Below, in pieces: positions 28,380-37,770 of a DNA stretch of 64,000 nt. The DNA is from an uncultured delta proteobacterium (GTDB taxonomy: Bacteria > Bdellovibrionota > FAC87 > UBA2466). The DNA is taken from NCBI GenBank assembly GCA_963778115.1, contig CAVZSV010000004.1, positions 1 to 64,000 on the forward strand, given 5' to 3'. Position 1 is the stretch's first letter. Each line of letters opens with the position of its first letter. The notes under the pieces were generated by a model. It did not search any database, was not told the DNA's origin, and worked only from the letters and a program-made list of their open reading frames with translations. Made by a program: the position numbers and the translations under genes.

Positions 28380-29957
28380 GTGAAACTAAAACTATGGCGT
28401 TATGGGATAGTCGGGACTGCCGTATTAATCCTTATCTTTAGCGGCGTCTCATGGTGGCCCCCATTTCTAAATAACCTCCGCAATCCGTTTCTGGGCGCTT
28501 TGGCCCTGGGAATTCTTTTATATCTTTTTTCGAGGAATAACCGACTCCTGTTTCGAAATCTCCTTCTCGAGCCCTCAAAAGCCATGACAGAGGTTCAAGA
28601 GAAGAAATGGATTTGGGGAGTTTCGCTCTTCTACCTTTGTTTTTTTCTAAAAATCGTCTACTTCCAGTTTCTCGCCCTAAGAGTGCAAGCCATCGATTTT
28701 TCTCTATTCGATTTCATGCTGGAAAACACGGCTCGGGGAAATTTCATGAGCTGCATTAAAGGGATTAACCATTTTGGGGTCCACTCGACTCCCATCCTTT
28801 TCTTGCTTTATCCTCTACACCGGCTCTTTCATTCCCCCCTCTATCTCCTTTTTACCCACGCTGTGATTTTATGGTCCGCTTTCTTTCCGCTGTGGAAGTT
28901 GACCCGCAGACACCTTTCCGTCCCCCTCTTTCGGTTTCTCGTGGTGTTTAGCTTTTTCAATTTCAATTACCTTTTTCAAGTGCTGGAATACAACTTCCAC
29001 ATGGAAGCCTTCTACGTTCCGTTGTTTCTATGGCTTTTCTATTTTAATGAAACGAAAAATGCCGGGCTTTTCTGGGTAACCACTCTGCTGATACTCTCGG
29101 TGAAAGAGGATGCCGCCCTTTATGTGGCTGCTACGGGAATCGCCATAGTTATAGTCGAGAAAAAAACACCCAAGGGGTTGCTATTGGCTTTACTTTCAGG
29201 ATTTGTTTTTTGGCTCAATACCCGTTGGATCATTCCCTACAATAGTCCCGACGGACATTACCACATGGCCGATGCCGCTTCGGCCTACGGCAACAGTTTG
29301 GGAGATATCGTAGCTAATATTTCAAAACACCCTCTCCCGTTTATAAGAAGTATCTTATTTGGAAAGTGGATTTCTATTGCGGGCAACTTTCTTTTCGTTC
29401 CCCTAGTCTCGCCTTTCGTGCTGATTGGAGTCGCTCCCTTCGCGGCCATTCACGCCCTAGCGCACACGTATGTGATGCAAAATATAATGCTCTATTATTC
29501 CGCACCCTATATACCCTTCCTATTTTATGGCTGGATCCTCTTTATCGGGCGATACCGTTGGCCATTAGTTTCAAAGCCGCTTCCCGTATTAGCCAAAACG
29601 GTCGTCGTCTTTGCCATCACTATGAATCTGACATTGATCGGCGGGTCTTACCTCGTGGTGAGGCCACAACATCCCGATTACAAAAATCTTAAGTCGATTA
29701 AACAAACGATGGATTTAAATCAAACGATGTGCGTTCAAGGCGTACTCATTCCCCCCTTGGGATACCCGAGATCACTTCAACTTCTCTCCTTCCCCTGCCT
29801 TGACCAAGGGCTTCACTATTATGTCATCGATTCCAACCTAGACGCCTTCGATCTATTCTCAACTCAATTAAAGACCATCCGCGAAAGACTTGATTCCGAT
29901 AAACGCTACCTAAAGCGACAGGAAGGAGGGGTAGTGCTCTACGAACGAAAAACCTAG
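28380..29957 (+). CDS. DUF2079-like multi-pass membrane protein (putative GT-C glycosyltransferase)
   Basis: DFSLF, HFGVHSTPILFLLYPL, FHME, SVKED, YYSAP; many TM helices. Confidence 0.8.
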   Translation: MKLKLWRYGIVGTAVLILIFSGVSWWPPFLNNLRNPFLGALALGILLYLFSRNNRLLFRNLLLEPSKAMTEVQEKKWIWGVSLFYLCFFLKIVYFQFLALRVQAIDFSLFDFMLENTARGNFMSCIKGINHFGVHSTPILFLLYPLHRLFHSPLYLLFTHAVILWSAFFPLWKLTRRHLSVPLFRFLVVFSFFNFNYLFQVLEYNFHMEAFYVPLFLWLFYFNETKNAGLFWVTTLLILSVKEDAALYVAATGIAIVIVEKKTPKGLLLALLSGFVFWLNTRWIIPYNSPDGHYHMADAASAYGNSLGDIVANISKHPLPFIRSILFGKWISIAGNFLFVPLVSPFVLIGVAPFAAIHALAHTYVMQNIMLYYSAPYIPFLFYGWILFIGRYRWPLVSKPLPVLAKTVVVFAITMNLTLIGGSYLVVRPQHPDYKNLKSIKQTMDLNQTMCVQGVLIPPLGYPRSLQLLSFPCLDQGLHYYVIDSNLDAFDLFSTQLKTIRERLDSDKRYLKRQEGGVVLYERKT

Positions 29958-30727
29958 ACAGAGAACTCGGCCAAACAAGGCGCATGGTCCGACGGTTTTT
30001 CTCCCTTACGTTCATCCCGATCGATCGAAGCCGCCACACAAGACTCCCACAAGACGGTTGATGCTAAGATGAGATCAATTCGAAGCCCTTTATTGAAGGG
30101 AAATGCCAAAGCTCTATAATCCCACCAGGAAAAAAGGCCGCTTTCGGAATGTAGTTTGCGAAAAGTATCTTTGAGTCCGAATTCACACACTCCGGCCAGA
30201 CTTTTTCTCTCAGGTTCAGAGCATAGGATGCTACCTCGCCACGCTGCCGGATCGTGAACGTCTCTATCCTCTGGAGCCACATTGAAATCTCCCGCCAAAA
30301 TAAAGGACTCGGTCACTTTAGCGTTCGTCTCTAAGAACTTTCGAAGCCGGCGAAACCACTCTAACTTGTAAGCGTATGCCACAGCCCCCACGGCTTGACC
30401 GTTAGGAGCGTAAACGGAACCCACCGACATTTTCGCATATTTAGCCCAAATAAATCGCGATTGCGGGTCCTCTACACCATCACCAAAGCCTCGCATCACG
30501 AAAAGAGGCTTTTCCTTAGATAAAATGGCGACTCCGTTATAAGTTTTCTGCCCGAAAACTTCCGCGTGGTATCCCAGTTCCCGGAACGTATCGAAAGGAA
30601 ATTTTTCGTCTAGTCCTTTTAATTCTTGCAGACAAAGAATATCGGGGGAGTGCCTTTTGAGAAACTCCTGCGCACGCGACAAACGGCTACTAATCGAATT
30701 TACATTCCAGCAAGCTACTTTAAACAT
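29954..30727 (-). CDS. xth: Exodeoxyribonuclease III
   Basis: WNVNSI, LQELK, YNGVAILS, GDFNVAP, WWDYR, GLRID, SDHAP. Confidence 0.96.
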   Translation of the reverse strand: MFKVACWNVNSISSRLSRAQEFLKRHSPDILCLQELKGLDEKFPFDTFRELGYHAEVFGQKTYNGVAILSKEKPLFVMRGFGDGVEDPQSRFIWAKYAKMSVGSVYAPNGQAVGAVAYAYKLEWFRRLRKFLETNAKVTESFILAGDFNVAPEDRDVHDPAAWRGSILCSEPERKSLAGVCEFGLKDTFRKLHSESGLFSWWDYRALAFPFNKGLRIDLILASTVLWESCVAASIDRDERKGEKPSDHAPCLAEFSV

Positions 30728-30767
30728 CCGGAGGAAATACTAACGAGTAAAGCAACCAAAAGTCATG

Positions 30768-32696
30768 CTAAGGTTCTATCAAATTATCTATGAAAAAAGG
30801 TTTCAAAACATCCGCAGGAGAATACCCAAATACTCGAGAGTAAAAATACTGCTCTGATTCCAACGAGTTTTGAATATTTTCTTTCTTTCTAAAGCCGTGA
30901 TCTTCGCCTTCGTAAGCGATGTAGGCCACGGGAATCCCTTTTGCTTTAACCGCCTTATACATTAGCTCCGCTTGATTGTGGGGAACCACTTTGTCGTCCA
31001 GCCCTTGCAAGAGTAATAACGGGCAGCTTATCCGATCGACCGAATACAGAGGAGATCGCTCGATAAAAAGGTCTCTTCGCTCAGGATACGGCCCCACTAG
31101 ACTTGCTTCGTAACGAGATTCGAACTTATGCGTCTCTTTGGCGCATAACTCGATGTCGCTGATTCCGAAATAGCTCGCTCCGGCCTTAAACACGTTATGA
31201 AAGGTCAGGGCCGCTAAAGTAGTAAAGCCGCCCGCACTGGCCCCGCGAATGACTAAACGATTCCCATCAACCAGCTTCTTTTCTGTCAGATACGCGGCCG
31301 CATTGATACAATCCTCAACATCCACAATCCCCCAGTTCCCATTCAGTCGGCGCCGGTACTCGGTACCGTAGCCGGTACTACCCCCGTAATTAACATCTAC
31401 GACACCAAAACCGCGACTGGTCCAGTATTGGATCTCAAGGCTTAAACTCGTCGCACAAGCACCGGTAGGTCCTCCATGGCTAATCACCATGAGCGGGGGA
31501 AGCTCACCTGCGGGAGCAGCAAAATCCGGATTTCTCGGAGCATAAAAAAAGGCGTGTGCGCTCTTTTTCTGGGCCGTGGAAAACTCGATCGCTTTCGGCT
31601 CGGAAAGATACTTGGGGTCGATCTCAACAGAGTAAGCGATTCGCTCCACTTTACACTTATCCGAAATAGGATCCAGGCTTGAAATCCTCCAAGGAGCTGA
31701 TGGCGAAGCGGCAAAGAAATATCCCTTTTGCCCTTCACACTTCACTTGGGTGAATTCCGTATAAGGTAACGAGATCTTCTCCAGATTTCCCGTCACCGCA
31801 TTTATTTTCACAAGAGACGAAATCCCTTTGTCTCGGACCGCACAGAGAAGCGTCTGGGGGCCTATAAAGCCATACGTGGATAATCCCAAATTCCACAAGG
31901 GGCCTGAGAATTCTACCGATTGGGGGCAAATAGCTTTTCCATGAGTACCGTCTACTTGATAGAGGTTCCACCAGCCCGTAACGTCCGATACGTAATAGAG
32001 TCTATTTTCCGAAGACCAATTTGGCTCAGTGACTGATTCGCCGGGTTTGCCCGCTATCTTTACGGGCTGGCGGATAGATCCGTTACCATCGTACTCGGCT
32101 AGCCATAACTCGGAACTATCCCAAGGCATATTCGGATGGTTCCAGCAGATCCAAGCAAGTTGGTTCCCGTCAGGACTAATGCGGGGAAAGGCGTAGAAAT
32201 CGGCACCACTCACCAGCACTTTGGTCGCACCCGTTCTACGATCAATGGCAACGATTTCATTCTTGGGCTCGCTACCTCCGTGAGAGTGGTCCTCTCTTAC
32301 GGCGATCACAAAAAAAGAATCGACCACTCCGTCGGAATATCTAAGTTTTCCCATCTCCGTGAGCGGTCGTGCCGTCTTGCCTTCGCCGTCGTCTATTACG
32401 TAAAGCCTTTGATCCGAAAAATTAGAAAAGTAAACACAACCATCGCCCACACAAAAAGCGCCTCCCCCATACTCGTGTACCTTGGTGCGTACACTTAAAG
32501 GAGCAGGGGTGATTTCCGTCACCTCACCTGTCGCATTTTGTTTGAGCAGGGTCATGCGTCCCCCCTCATTAGATCTTGATTCCGTCCAGTAGATCTCCCC
32601 TTTTGAGATCGCCATCTGGCCAAACTTCACCGTTCCCGAAGCGATAAGTCCCGCCGTTATGGGTGAACTCCACGTCCCGTAAGAAGATGTCTTCAC
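30768..32696 (-). CDS. S9 family (prolyl oligopeptidase/acylaminoacyl) peptidase
   Basis: YGTWSSPI, HGGPT, GASAGG nucleophile, QGLDDKVV, GEDHGF; GTG start with SD GGAGA. Confidence 0.94.
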   Translation of the reverse strand: MKTSSYGTWSSPITAGLIASGTVKFGQMAISKGEIYWTESRSNEGGRMTLLKQNATGEVTEITPAPLSVRTKVHEYGGGAFCVGDGCVYFSNFSDQRLYVIDDGEGKTARPLTEMGKLRYSDGVVDSFFVIAVREDHSHGGSEPKNEIVAIDRRTGATKVLVSGADFYAFPRISPDGNQLAWICWNHPNMPWDSSELWLAEYDGNGSIRQPVKIAGKPGESVTEPNWSSENRLYYVSDVTGWWNLYQVDGTHGKAICPQSVEFSGPLWNLGLSTYGFIGPQTLLCAVRDKGISSLVKINAVTGNLEKISLPYTEFTQVKCEGQKGYFFAASPSAPWRISSLDPISDKCKVERIAYSVEIDPKYLSEPKAIEFSTAQKKSAHAFFYAPRNPDFAAPAGELPPLMVISHGGPTGACATSLSLEIQYWTSRGFGVVDVNYGGSTGYGTEYRRRLNGNWGIVDVEDCINAAAYLTEKKLVDGNRLVIRGASAGGFTTLAALTFHNVFKAGASYFGISDIELCAKETHKFESRYEASLVGPYPERRDLFIERSPLYSVDRISCPLLLLQGLDDKVVPHNQAELMYKAVKAKGIPVAYIAYEGEDHGFRKKENIQNSLESEQYFYSRVFGYSPADVLKPFFIDNLIEP

Positions 32697-32712
32697 GTTG
32701 TCTCCTATCACT

Positions 32713-33285
32713 CTAATTTGGGGATGGACTCTTTGGCAGCTTTGATTCAATCCCTAGGGCCTTGGCGAGGTCCGCGCTTGGAACTGCCCCCAAGGAGATT
32801 CCCTTTTGGTAATTCGTTTTCGCCTGCTTCTTATCGAAAGTGAGTTCTGCTCTTGCAAGGGTCACAAAGGCCTCGCCATTTTTACTATCCAGTTCCACAG
32901 CCTTCTTAGCCAACGGCAAAGCTTCCGGACTCATCTCCATAGAGAGAAAACTATCCGCAGCCCCTTTCCAACCTTCAGCACGGGTCGCATCTAGAATTAA
33001 TGCTTGGTTATAGCGGTAAAGGGCGGTCACCGGATCCCCATCGTGCAGAAGCGCTTCTTTACCGTCGGCAAGCACTTTATCGGTAGCATCAGCCACGGAC
33101 AACTTTGCTGTCAGATGCCGAACCAGCCGTTCGTCATCGTCGGAGTGTTTTGCCTTACATTCAACGGTGGGAGTCCACACAAAACAGCGGTGACGAAGAT
33201 GGTCCTTCGTCTTTTCAGCGACGGTAGCAAAGCCGTTCGTAGCTAAAATGGGAAGTAAGGTCAGGATAAGTCTTTTAATGCGCAT
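32713..33285 (-). CDS. Exported TPR-repeat protein
   Basis: Signal peptide; TPR-like helices (YNQALILD, AKKAVELDSKNGEAF). Confidence 0.75.
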   Translation of the reverse strand: MRIKRLILTLLPILATNGFATVAEKTKDHLRHRCFVWTPTVECKAKHSDDDERLVRHLTAKLSVADATDKVLADGKEALLHDGDPVTALYRYNQALILDATRAEGWKGAADSFLSMEMSPEALPLAKKAVELDSKNGEAFVTLARAELTFDKKQAKTNYQKGISLGAVPSADLAKALGIESKLPKSPSPN

Positions 33286-33709
33286 AGCGTGGGGTACGTA
33301 CCGTCAATTCCATGCGGTAAGCGTCTCGTTTCTGTTCATAGTAACCTTTTCGAACTCCCATTCGCTTAAACCGAAGCGATTCATAAAGCGCGATAGCTGG
33401 ACTATTTTCCACGTCCACTTCTAAAAGCAGACGATCCACTTTGGGATCTCTTTTTGCAGACTCAAGCAAGTGCTTTGCAAATCCTCGTTTGCGATGCTCC
33501 AGACGTGTCGCGATAGATACGATATCAAGTTCTCCTTGAACCAAAAGAGCAATGAGGTAAGCACCCAACTGCGATCTCTCGTACAAGCCATAACAATAGC
33601 CGCAGCCGTGGTCCAAAAAGTAGGCAAACTCTTGAGCCGTCCACACTTTCGGAAAGCTGTCCCTAGCGATGCCTAAAATGCTATCGATATCGCGTGCGCT
33701 TAGACGCAC
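33275..33709 (-). CDS. rimI: RimI-like GNAT N-acetyltransferase
   Basis: HRKRGFAK, LLEVDVENSPAIALYE, GVRKGYY; start uncertain (GTG 33709 chosen). Confidence 0.85.
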   Translation of the reverse strand: MRLSARDIDSILGIARDSFPKVWTAQEFAYFLDHGCGYCYGLYERSQLGAYLIALLVQGELDIVSIATRLEHRKRGFAKHLLESAKRDPKVDRLLLEVDVENSPAIALYESLRFKRMGVRKGYYEQKRDAYRMELTVRTPRYAH

Positions 33710-33726
33710 GGGCGGTTGGCAATCGC

Positions 33727-34368
33727 TTAGCTGCCCAATAAATTGACTAGGCCGTACTTGTCCTTCAAGAAACGCACCCACTCTTCGAGTCCTTTCTCCA
33801 TACGCTCTTTCTTCAGTAAAAGAGTGATATTGTCCTTTAGACTTTCAAAAGACGAATTTGCAAAACGAGCTTGGTTCTGCGTGAAATAGCGCTCCGCTTC
33901 CGCTTCGGTGATGATGGGAGTTAGAGTCTCGACCTTCTTCTGAAGGAAGCGCTCTACGTTGTAGCTCTTGGCAAGCCTCTCTACAGCCGCCGACTCTGAT
34001 CGAGAAAAACGAATAAGGACGGCCCGAAACCGGCTTTCTTTGTCCTTAGTCTTCCAACTGGCTATTAATCTCTGAGCGTCGCTTAACCCTCCGCCATCGT
34101 ACTTAAAACTTTTTATCTCGGAGGTCACCATCTCTTCCAGAGCCATCCGCTGAACGGTTTTCCTGAGTTCTTCCCCTTTCTCGCGTGTTAGCGGATCGCC
34201 TGTCCCTTCGCGCAATCTCTGAAGCCCTCGATAAAAGTAGGCGTCCTGAACGGTAAGTAGCCCTTTACCAACGATTGCTGCAGTTCCATCCACAAGGACT
34301 TTATCGGCACCTAAACCGACTCCGGCACCAGCGATAAACAGCAGCGCTATGAGAAGTAATCGCTTCAT
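33727..34368 (-). CDS. Exported SurA N-terminal-like protein
   Basis: Signal peptide; VDGTAAIV; ITEAEAERYF; C-terminal EEWVRFLKDKY. Confidence 0.65.
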   Translation of the reverse strand: MKRLLLIALLFIAGAGVGLGADKVLVDGTAAIVGKGLLTVQDAYFYRGLQRLREGTGDPLTREKGEELRKTVQRMALEEMVTSEIKSFKYDGGGLSDAQRLIASWKTKDKESRFRAVLIRFSRSESAAVERLAKSYNVERFLQKKVETLTPIITEAEAERYFTQNQARFANSSFESLKDNITLLLKKERMEKGLEEWVRFLKDKYGLVNLLGS

Positions 34369-34763
34369 GCGCTGGTAATTACCGCCACCGCTTCAATCTC
34401 GATCCTTACCTCTTTCGGTAGCCGCGCCACTTCGACCGTGGATCGCGCCGGAAAGGGAGAAGGAAAGAACTTGCCATACGTTTCGTTAAACTTTCCGAAG
34501 TCATCCATATTTTTTAAGAACACGGTCGTCTTAACGACATTGGAGAGATCTAGGCTAGCCGCTTTCAAAACGGCCTGCATGTTGCGTATCACTTGCTCCG
34601 TTTGAGCGGAAATGTCGCCCTCGACCACCTTCCCCGAGGCCGCATCCAAAGGAATTTGTCCCGACAAAAAGACAAGGTTTCCGCATCGAATGGCTTGGGA
34701 ATAGGGACCTAGTGCCGCAGGGGCTTTATCTGTGCTTAATACCGCTTTGTGATTCGACGACAT
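34365..34763 (-). CDS. ridA: RidA (YjgF/YER057c/UK114) deaminase
   Basis: APAALGPYSQA, SGQIP, VVKTTVFL, PARSTVEVARLP, IEIEA. Confidence 0.94.
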   Translation of the reverse strand: MSSNHKAVLSTDKAPAALGPYSQAIRCGNLVFLSGQIPLDAASGKVVEGDISAQTEQVIRNMQAVLKAASLDLSNVVKTTVFLKNMDDFGKFNETYGKFFPSPFPARSTVEVARLPKEVRIEIEAVAVITSA

Positions 34764-34764
34764 C

Positions 34765-35151
34765 TTACTCTCCTTGAGATGGGGGCTCCGTAGAGACACT
34801 GATGTGCCCCTTTTTTGCTTCACCCTTTTTAGCTTCAAAAGAGACTTTGGCTTCGACGTGAATACGATGATGTTCGAGAAATTTCGATACCTCTTGGCTG
34901 ATATCAACTTTAGACAGCACTCGGCCAAACTCCTTAACTAATAACCCGTAAAAATCGTCCTTTTTCTTGGAGATTCCGTCTAGCAACACCGAAACTACCT
35001 CTTTGGGCAGTTTCATCTCTTTCAAATAGCCTCTTATAGCGTCTTCCGTAACGAAATAGGTGGCTAGTCCCCCCAGAGCAAGCTCTCTCATCACCTCGCT
35101 CCATCTTTTTTTTTCGTCCGGCGTCCGATTATCTTGTTCGTTGCTGTCCAC
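34765..35151 (-). CDS. Hypothetical protein
   Basis: 128-aa helical ORF tightly packed in the operon. Confidence 0.75.
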   Translation of the reverse strand: MDSNEQDNRTPDEKKRWSEVMRELALGGLATYFVTEDAIRGYLKEMKLPKEVVSVLLDGISKKKDDFYGLLVKEFGRVLSKVDISQEVSKFLEHHRIHVEAKVSFEAKKGEAKKGHISVSTEPPSQGE

Positions 35152-35160
35152 GGGTGGCCT

Positions 35161-35604
35161 CTACTTCTTTTTGACTTTTTTAGTCCGCTCTTCGAAACCT
35201 TCCATCATACGAGGAAGACTTGTCTCGGTTAATTTTTTCGAAATCCAACCCGGGATCAGAAAACCCACGGCCACATCTAACTCATACGTAGCATCGGTAT
35301 TTCCGGCTCCCGCATCCTTGAGTAACCAGCGTCCGGTATTGGTCTTGAAGAAGTTACTCTCGACCAACTCCCAGTAGACCTCTTCGTTCTCTTTAAACTT
35401 GAAGGACAGGGTGTATTGAAAGCGCTTTACGATCTCAAGTTCAAACTTTACCGTAGCCGTCTGTTTGGTCGCCCCAGGTTGAACTTCCACCGATACCACC
35501 TCAGTCACAAATTCGGGATAGGATTTGAAATCGGTAATCACTTGGTAGAGCGCTTCTTTCGAAACACCCATCTTTCTCTCTTTTACTACTTTTGCCATCG
35601 TCAA
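35161..35604 (-). CDS. SRPBCC/START-domain (cyclase/RatA-like) protein
   Basis: LYQVITDFKSYPEFV, YTL, NTGRW, ATYEL. Confidence 0.85.
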   Translation of the reverse strand: MTMAKVVKERKMGVSKEALYQVITDFKSYPEFVTEVVSVEVQPGATKQTATVKFELEIVKRFQYTLSFKFKENEEVYWELVESNFFKTNTGRWLLKDAGAGNTDATYELDVAVGFLIPGWISKKLTETSLPRMMEGFEERTKKVKKK

Positions 35605-35612
35605 ATCATCCT

Positions 35613-36572
35613 TTACCAGCCGTACCGAGGTTTGGTGTCAAACCGATGATGGGCTTTAATATCACGAATCGTACCGGTCTCGGATCTCATTACGATGGAA
35701 TGCGTATGTGCCCCTCCGCCGTAATAACGTACGCCGTTTAAATAACTCCCATTAGTGATTCCAGTCGCTATCAGCATGACATTGCCACGGGCGAGATCGT
35801 CGATCTGGTAGATCTTATTCTCGTCGGTAACTCCCATCTTCTTGGCCCGAGCTCTCTCTTCGTCGTTTCGAAATTTTAGAACCCCCTGGAAGTCTCCTCC
35901 TAAGCATTGCATGGCCGCGGCTGAAATGACTCCTTCAGGAGCCCCTCCGATACCTATCAGCATATCTACCCCGGTCTCTTCTTGAGCAGTGGCAATGGCG
36001 GCCGAAACATCGCCGTCCCCGATAAGTCGAATGCGAGCTCCCGCGGCCCGCACTTCGGCGATCAGATCGGCGTGGCGGGGCCTATCTAGGATGATAATCA
36101 TTAAATCTTCGACTCTCTTTTTTAACGCCTTGGAAACCTCTTTGATATTCCAGCTGGGCGGGCGAGTGATGTCGATAACACCTTTTGCCCTGGGCCCCAC
36201 GGCCAGTTTGTCCATGTACGTATCGGGGGCATGAAGAAAGCCACCATCTTCGGCGGCAGCAATAACTGAAATGGCTTCGCTTCTTCCTAGCGCCGTGATG
36301 GTCGTTCCTTCCAAGGGATCGCAAGCGATATCGATCTTAGGACCGTTACCTTCCCCAACCTTCTCTCCAATATAGAGCATCGGAGCTTCGTCTCGCTCGC
36401 CTTCTCCAATCACAATGGTGCCTTCGAAGCGAATAGAGTCGAATGCTTTTCGCATCGATTCCACCGCAGCTCGATCGGCAGCCTTTTCGTCACCTCGACC
36501 AATCCATCGCCCGACTGCCAAAGCCGCGGCTTCCGTAACCCTCACAAACTCAAGCGCTAGATTCCTATCCAT
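35613..36572 (-). CDS. glpX: Class II fructose-1,6-bisphosphatase
   Basis: RVTEAAA, IGEGERDEAPMLYIGE, DPLEGT, APDTYM, DGDV, GGAPEGV. Confidence 0.97.
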   Translation of the reverse strand: MDRNLALEFVRVTEAAALAVGRWIGRGDEKAADRAAVESMRKAFDSIRFEGTIVIGEGERDEAPMLYIGEKVGEGNGPKIDIACDPLEGTTITALGRSEAISVIAAAEDGGFLHAPDTYMDKLAVGPRAKGVIDITRPPSWNIKEVSKALKKRVEDLMIIILDRPRHADLIAEVRAAGARIRLIGDGDVSAAIATAQEETGVDMLIGIGGAPEGVISAAAMQCLGGDFQGVLKFRNDEERARAKKMGVTDENKIYQIDDLARGNVMLIATGITNGSYLNGVRYYGGGAHTHSIVMRSETGTIRDIKAHHRFDTKPRYGW

Positions 36573-36747
36573 TTGCCCCTCGGTTCAAAGAAGACCTGAA
36601 ACGTAGAAGGTAGCATACCATTGGCTGGCACTCAATTTAGCATTTCGCCTGTGATATTGGTGGGTTGTAAATCCATACGGCGGATTTACGATTAGGGATT
36701 CTTCCTTAGATGAAACTTCAGATCAATCTTAAGTTTCATCCTTAATA

Positions 36748-36781
36748 ATTAAAGGGCGCCCATTGCTGGGCGCCCTTTAAT
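36748..36781. terminator. Perfect 15-bp inverted repeat, terminator-like
   Basis: ATTAAAGGGCGCCCA-TTGC-TGGGCGCCCTTTAAT; GCAA tetraloop and AT-rich tail on the minus strand. Confidence 0.65.
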
Positions 36782-36888
36782 GGGAGGGGGATGATAATGA
36801 GCTGTTGTTTGTCCAACTCTGTCACTGTGATAGACGTCGGGCCTCTTGATTGTGTGACAACTACAGTGACGATTGATTAAGATGAAAC

Positions 36889-37311
36889 GTGGCAGAAAAA
36901 CCCCCAAAAATTTTTGAGAAAAGAAGCTTTCAAGAACGAGAGCTCGATAAACTTTTTAGGGACCGCGTCAAAGATCGAACGAAATACAAGTCGAGAAGGC
37001 AGAAGAGCCTAGAAGCGCCGCTCCAAGACTTTAGCGCTTTACTCTCTACTTTCTTCAAGAAGGACAGCAATACGCTAAAAAGAATCGAAGAGAGCAGAGC
37101 CTTAATGGCGTGGGAAAGTTTTGTGGGGGATACTGCGGCGCGTGTTTCTCAGCCTTTAAAAATTCGAGGAACCCAGCTCATCGTTCGAGTCCAGGATGGT
37201 TTGTGGATGCAACAGCTGATGATGCTTAAGCAGGATCTGCTACGCAAATATCGTGAAGCTTTTCCGCGGCTCCAACTGACCGATATCTTTTTCACCCGGC
37301 GATCCGTTTAG
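36889..37311 (+). CDS. DciA/DUF721 family protein
   Basis: AWESFVG..AARVSQP, LIVRVQDGLWMQQL, LTDIFF. Confidence 0.8.
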   Translation: MAEKPPKIFEKRSFQERELDKLFRDRVKDRTKYKSRRQKSLEAPLQDFSALLSTFFKKDSNTLKRIEESRALMAWESFVGDTAARVSQPLKIRGTQLIVRVQDGLWMQQLMMLKQDLLRKYREAFPRLQLTDIFFTRRSV

Positions 37312-37320
37312 AGAAATTCT

Positions 37321-37755
37321 CTACTTGCCCGTACTGCCAAATCCTCCGCCATCGCGATCGCTCTGAGAAAGTTCCAGCGAAGACTGCCATTGAATTCTTT
37401 CCACCCGATTCAACACCAGCTGGGCAATCCGGTCGCCGGGGCTGACGGTCACCGGTGAAATTCCCAAGTTCACCATCAAAATTTTCACCTCTCCCCGGTA
37501 ATCGCTGTCTATCGTACCGGGGGCATTGATGACGGTAAGCCCTTGCTTGAAGGACAATCCACTTCGCGGCCGAACTTGTACTTCGAACCCTTCGGGAATT
37601 TCAAACGCGAGCCCTGTAGTGATAGCCACTCGTTCACCCGGAGGCACCTCCAGAGGCGCCCTTAGGCAGGCCATGACGTCACAGCCGGCAGCACCTTCGG
37701 ACATGTATCTAGGAGTCTCAGCATCCGGATTTAGTTTTAGAAATCGAATCACCAT
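37321..37755 (-). CDS. dut: dUTP diphosphatase
   Basis: AAGCD, PRSGL, PGTIDSDYRGE, DRIAQ, RDGGGFGSTG. Confidence 0.97.
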   Translation of the reverse strand: MVIRFLKLNPDAETPRYMSEGAAGCDVMACLRAPLEVPPGERVAITTGLAFEIPEGFEVQVRPRSGLSFKQGLTVINAPGTIDSDYRGEVKILMVNLGISPVTVSPGDRIAQLVLNRVERIQWQSSLELSQSDRDGGGFGSTGK

Positions 37756-37770
37756 GGCAACCCCTCTTCT

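Noticed and set aside
36626..36642. TGGCACTCAATTTAGCA as a sigma-54 box
   Set aside because: Spacing is GG-N11-GC
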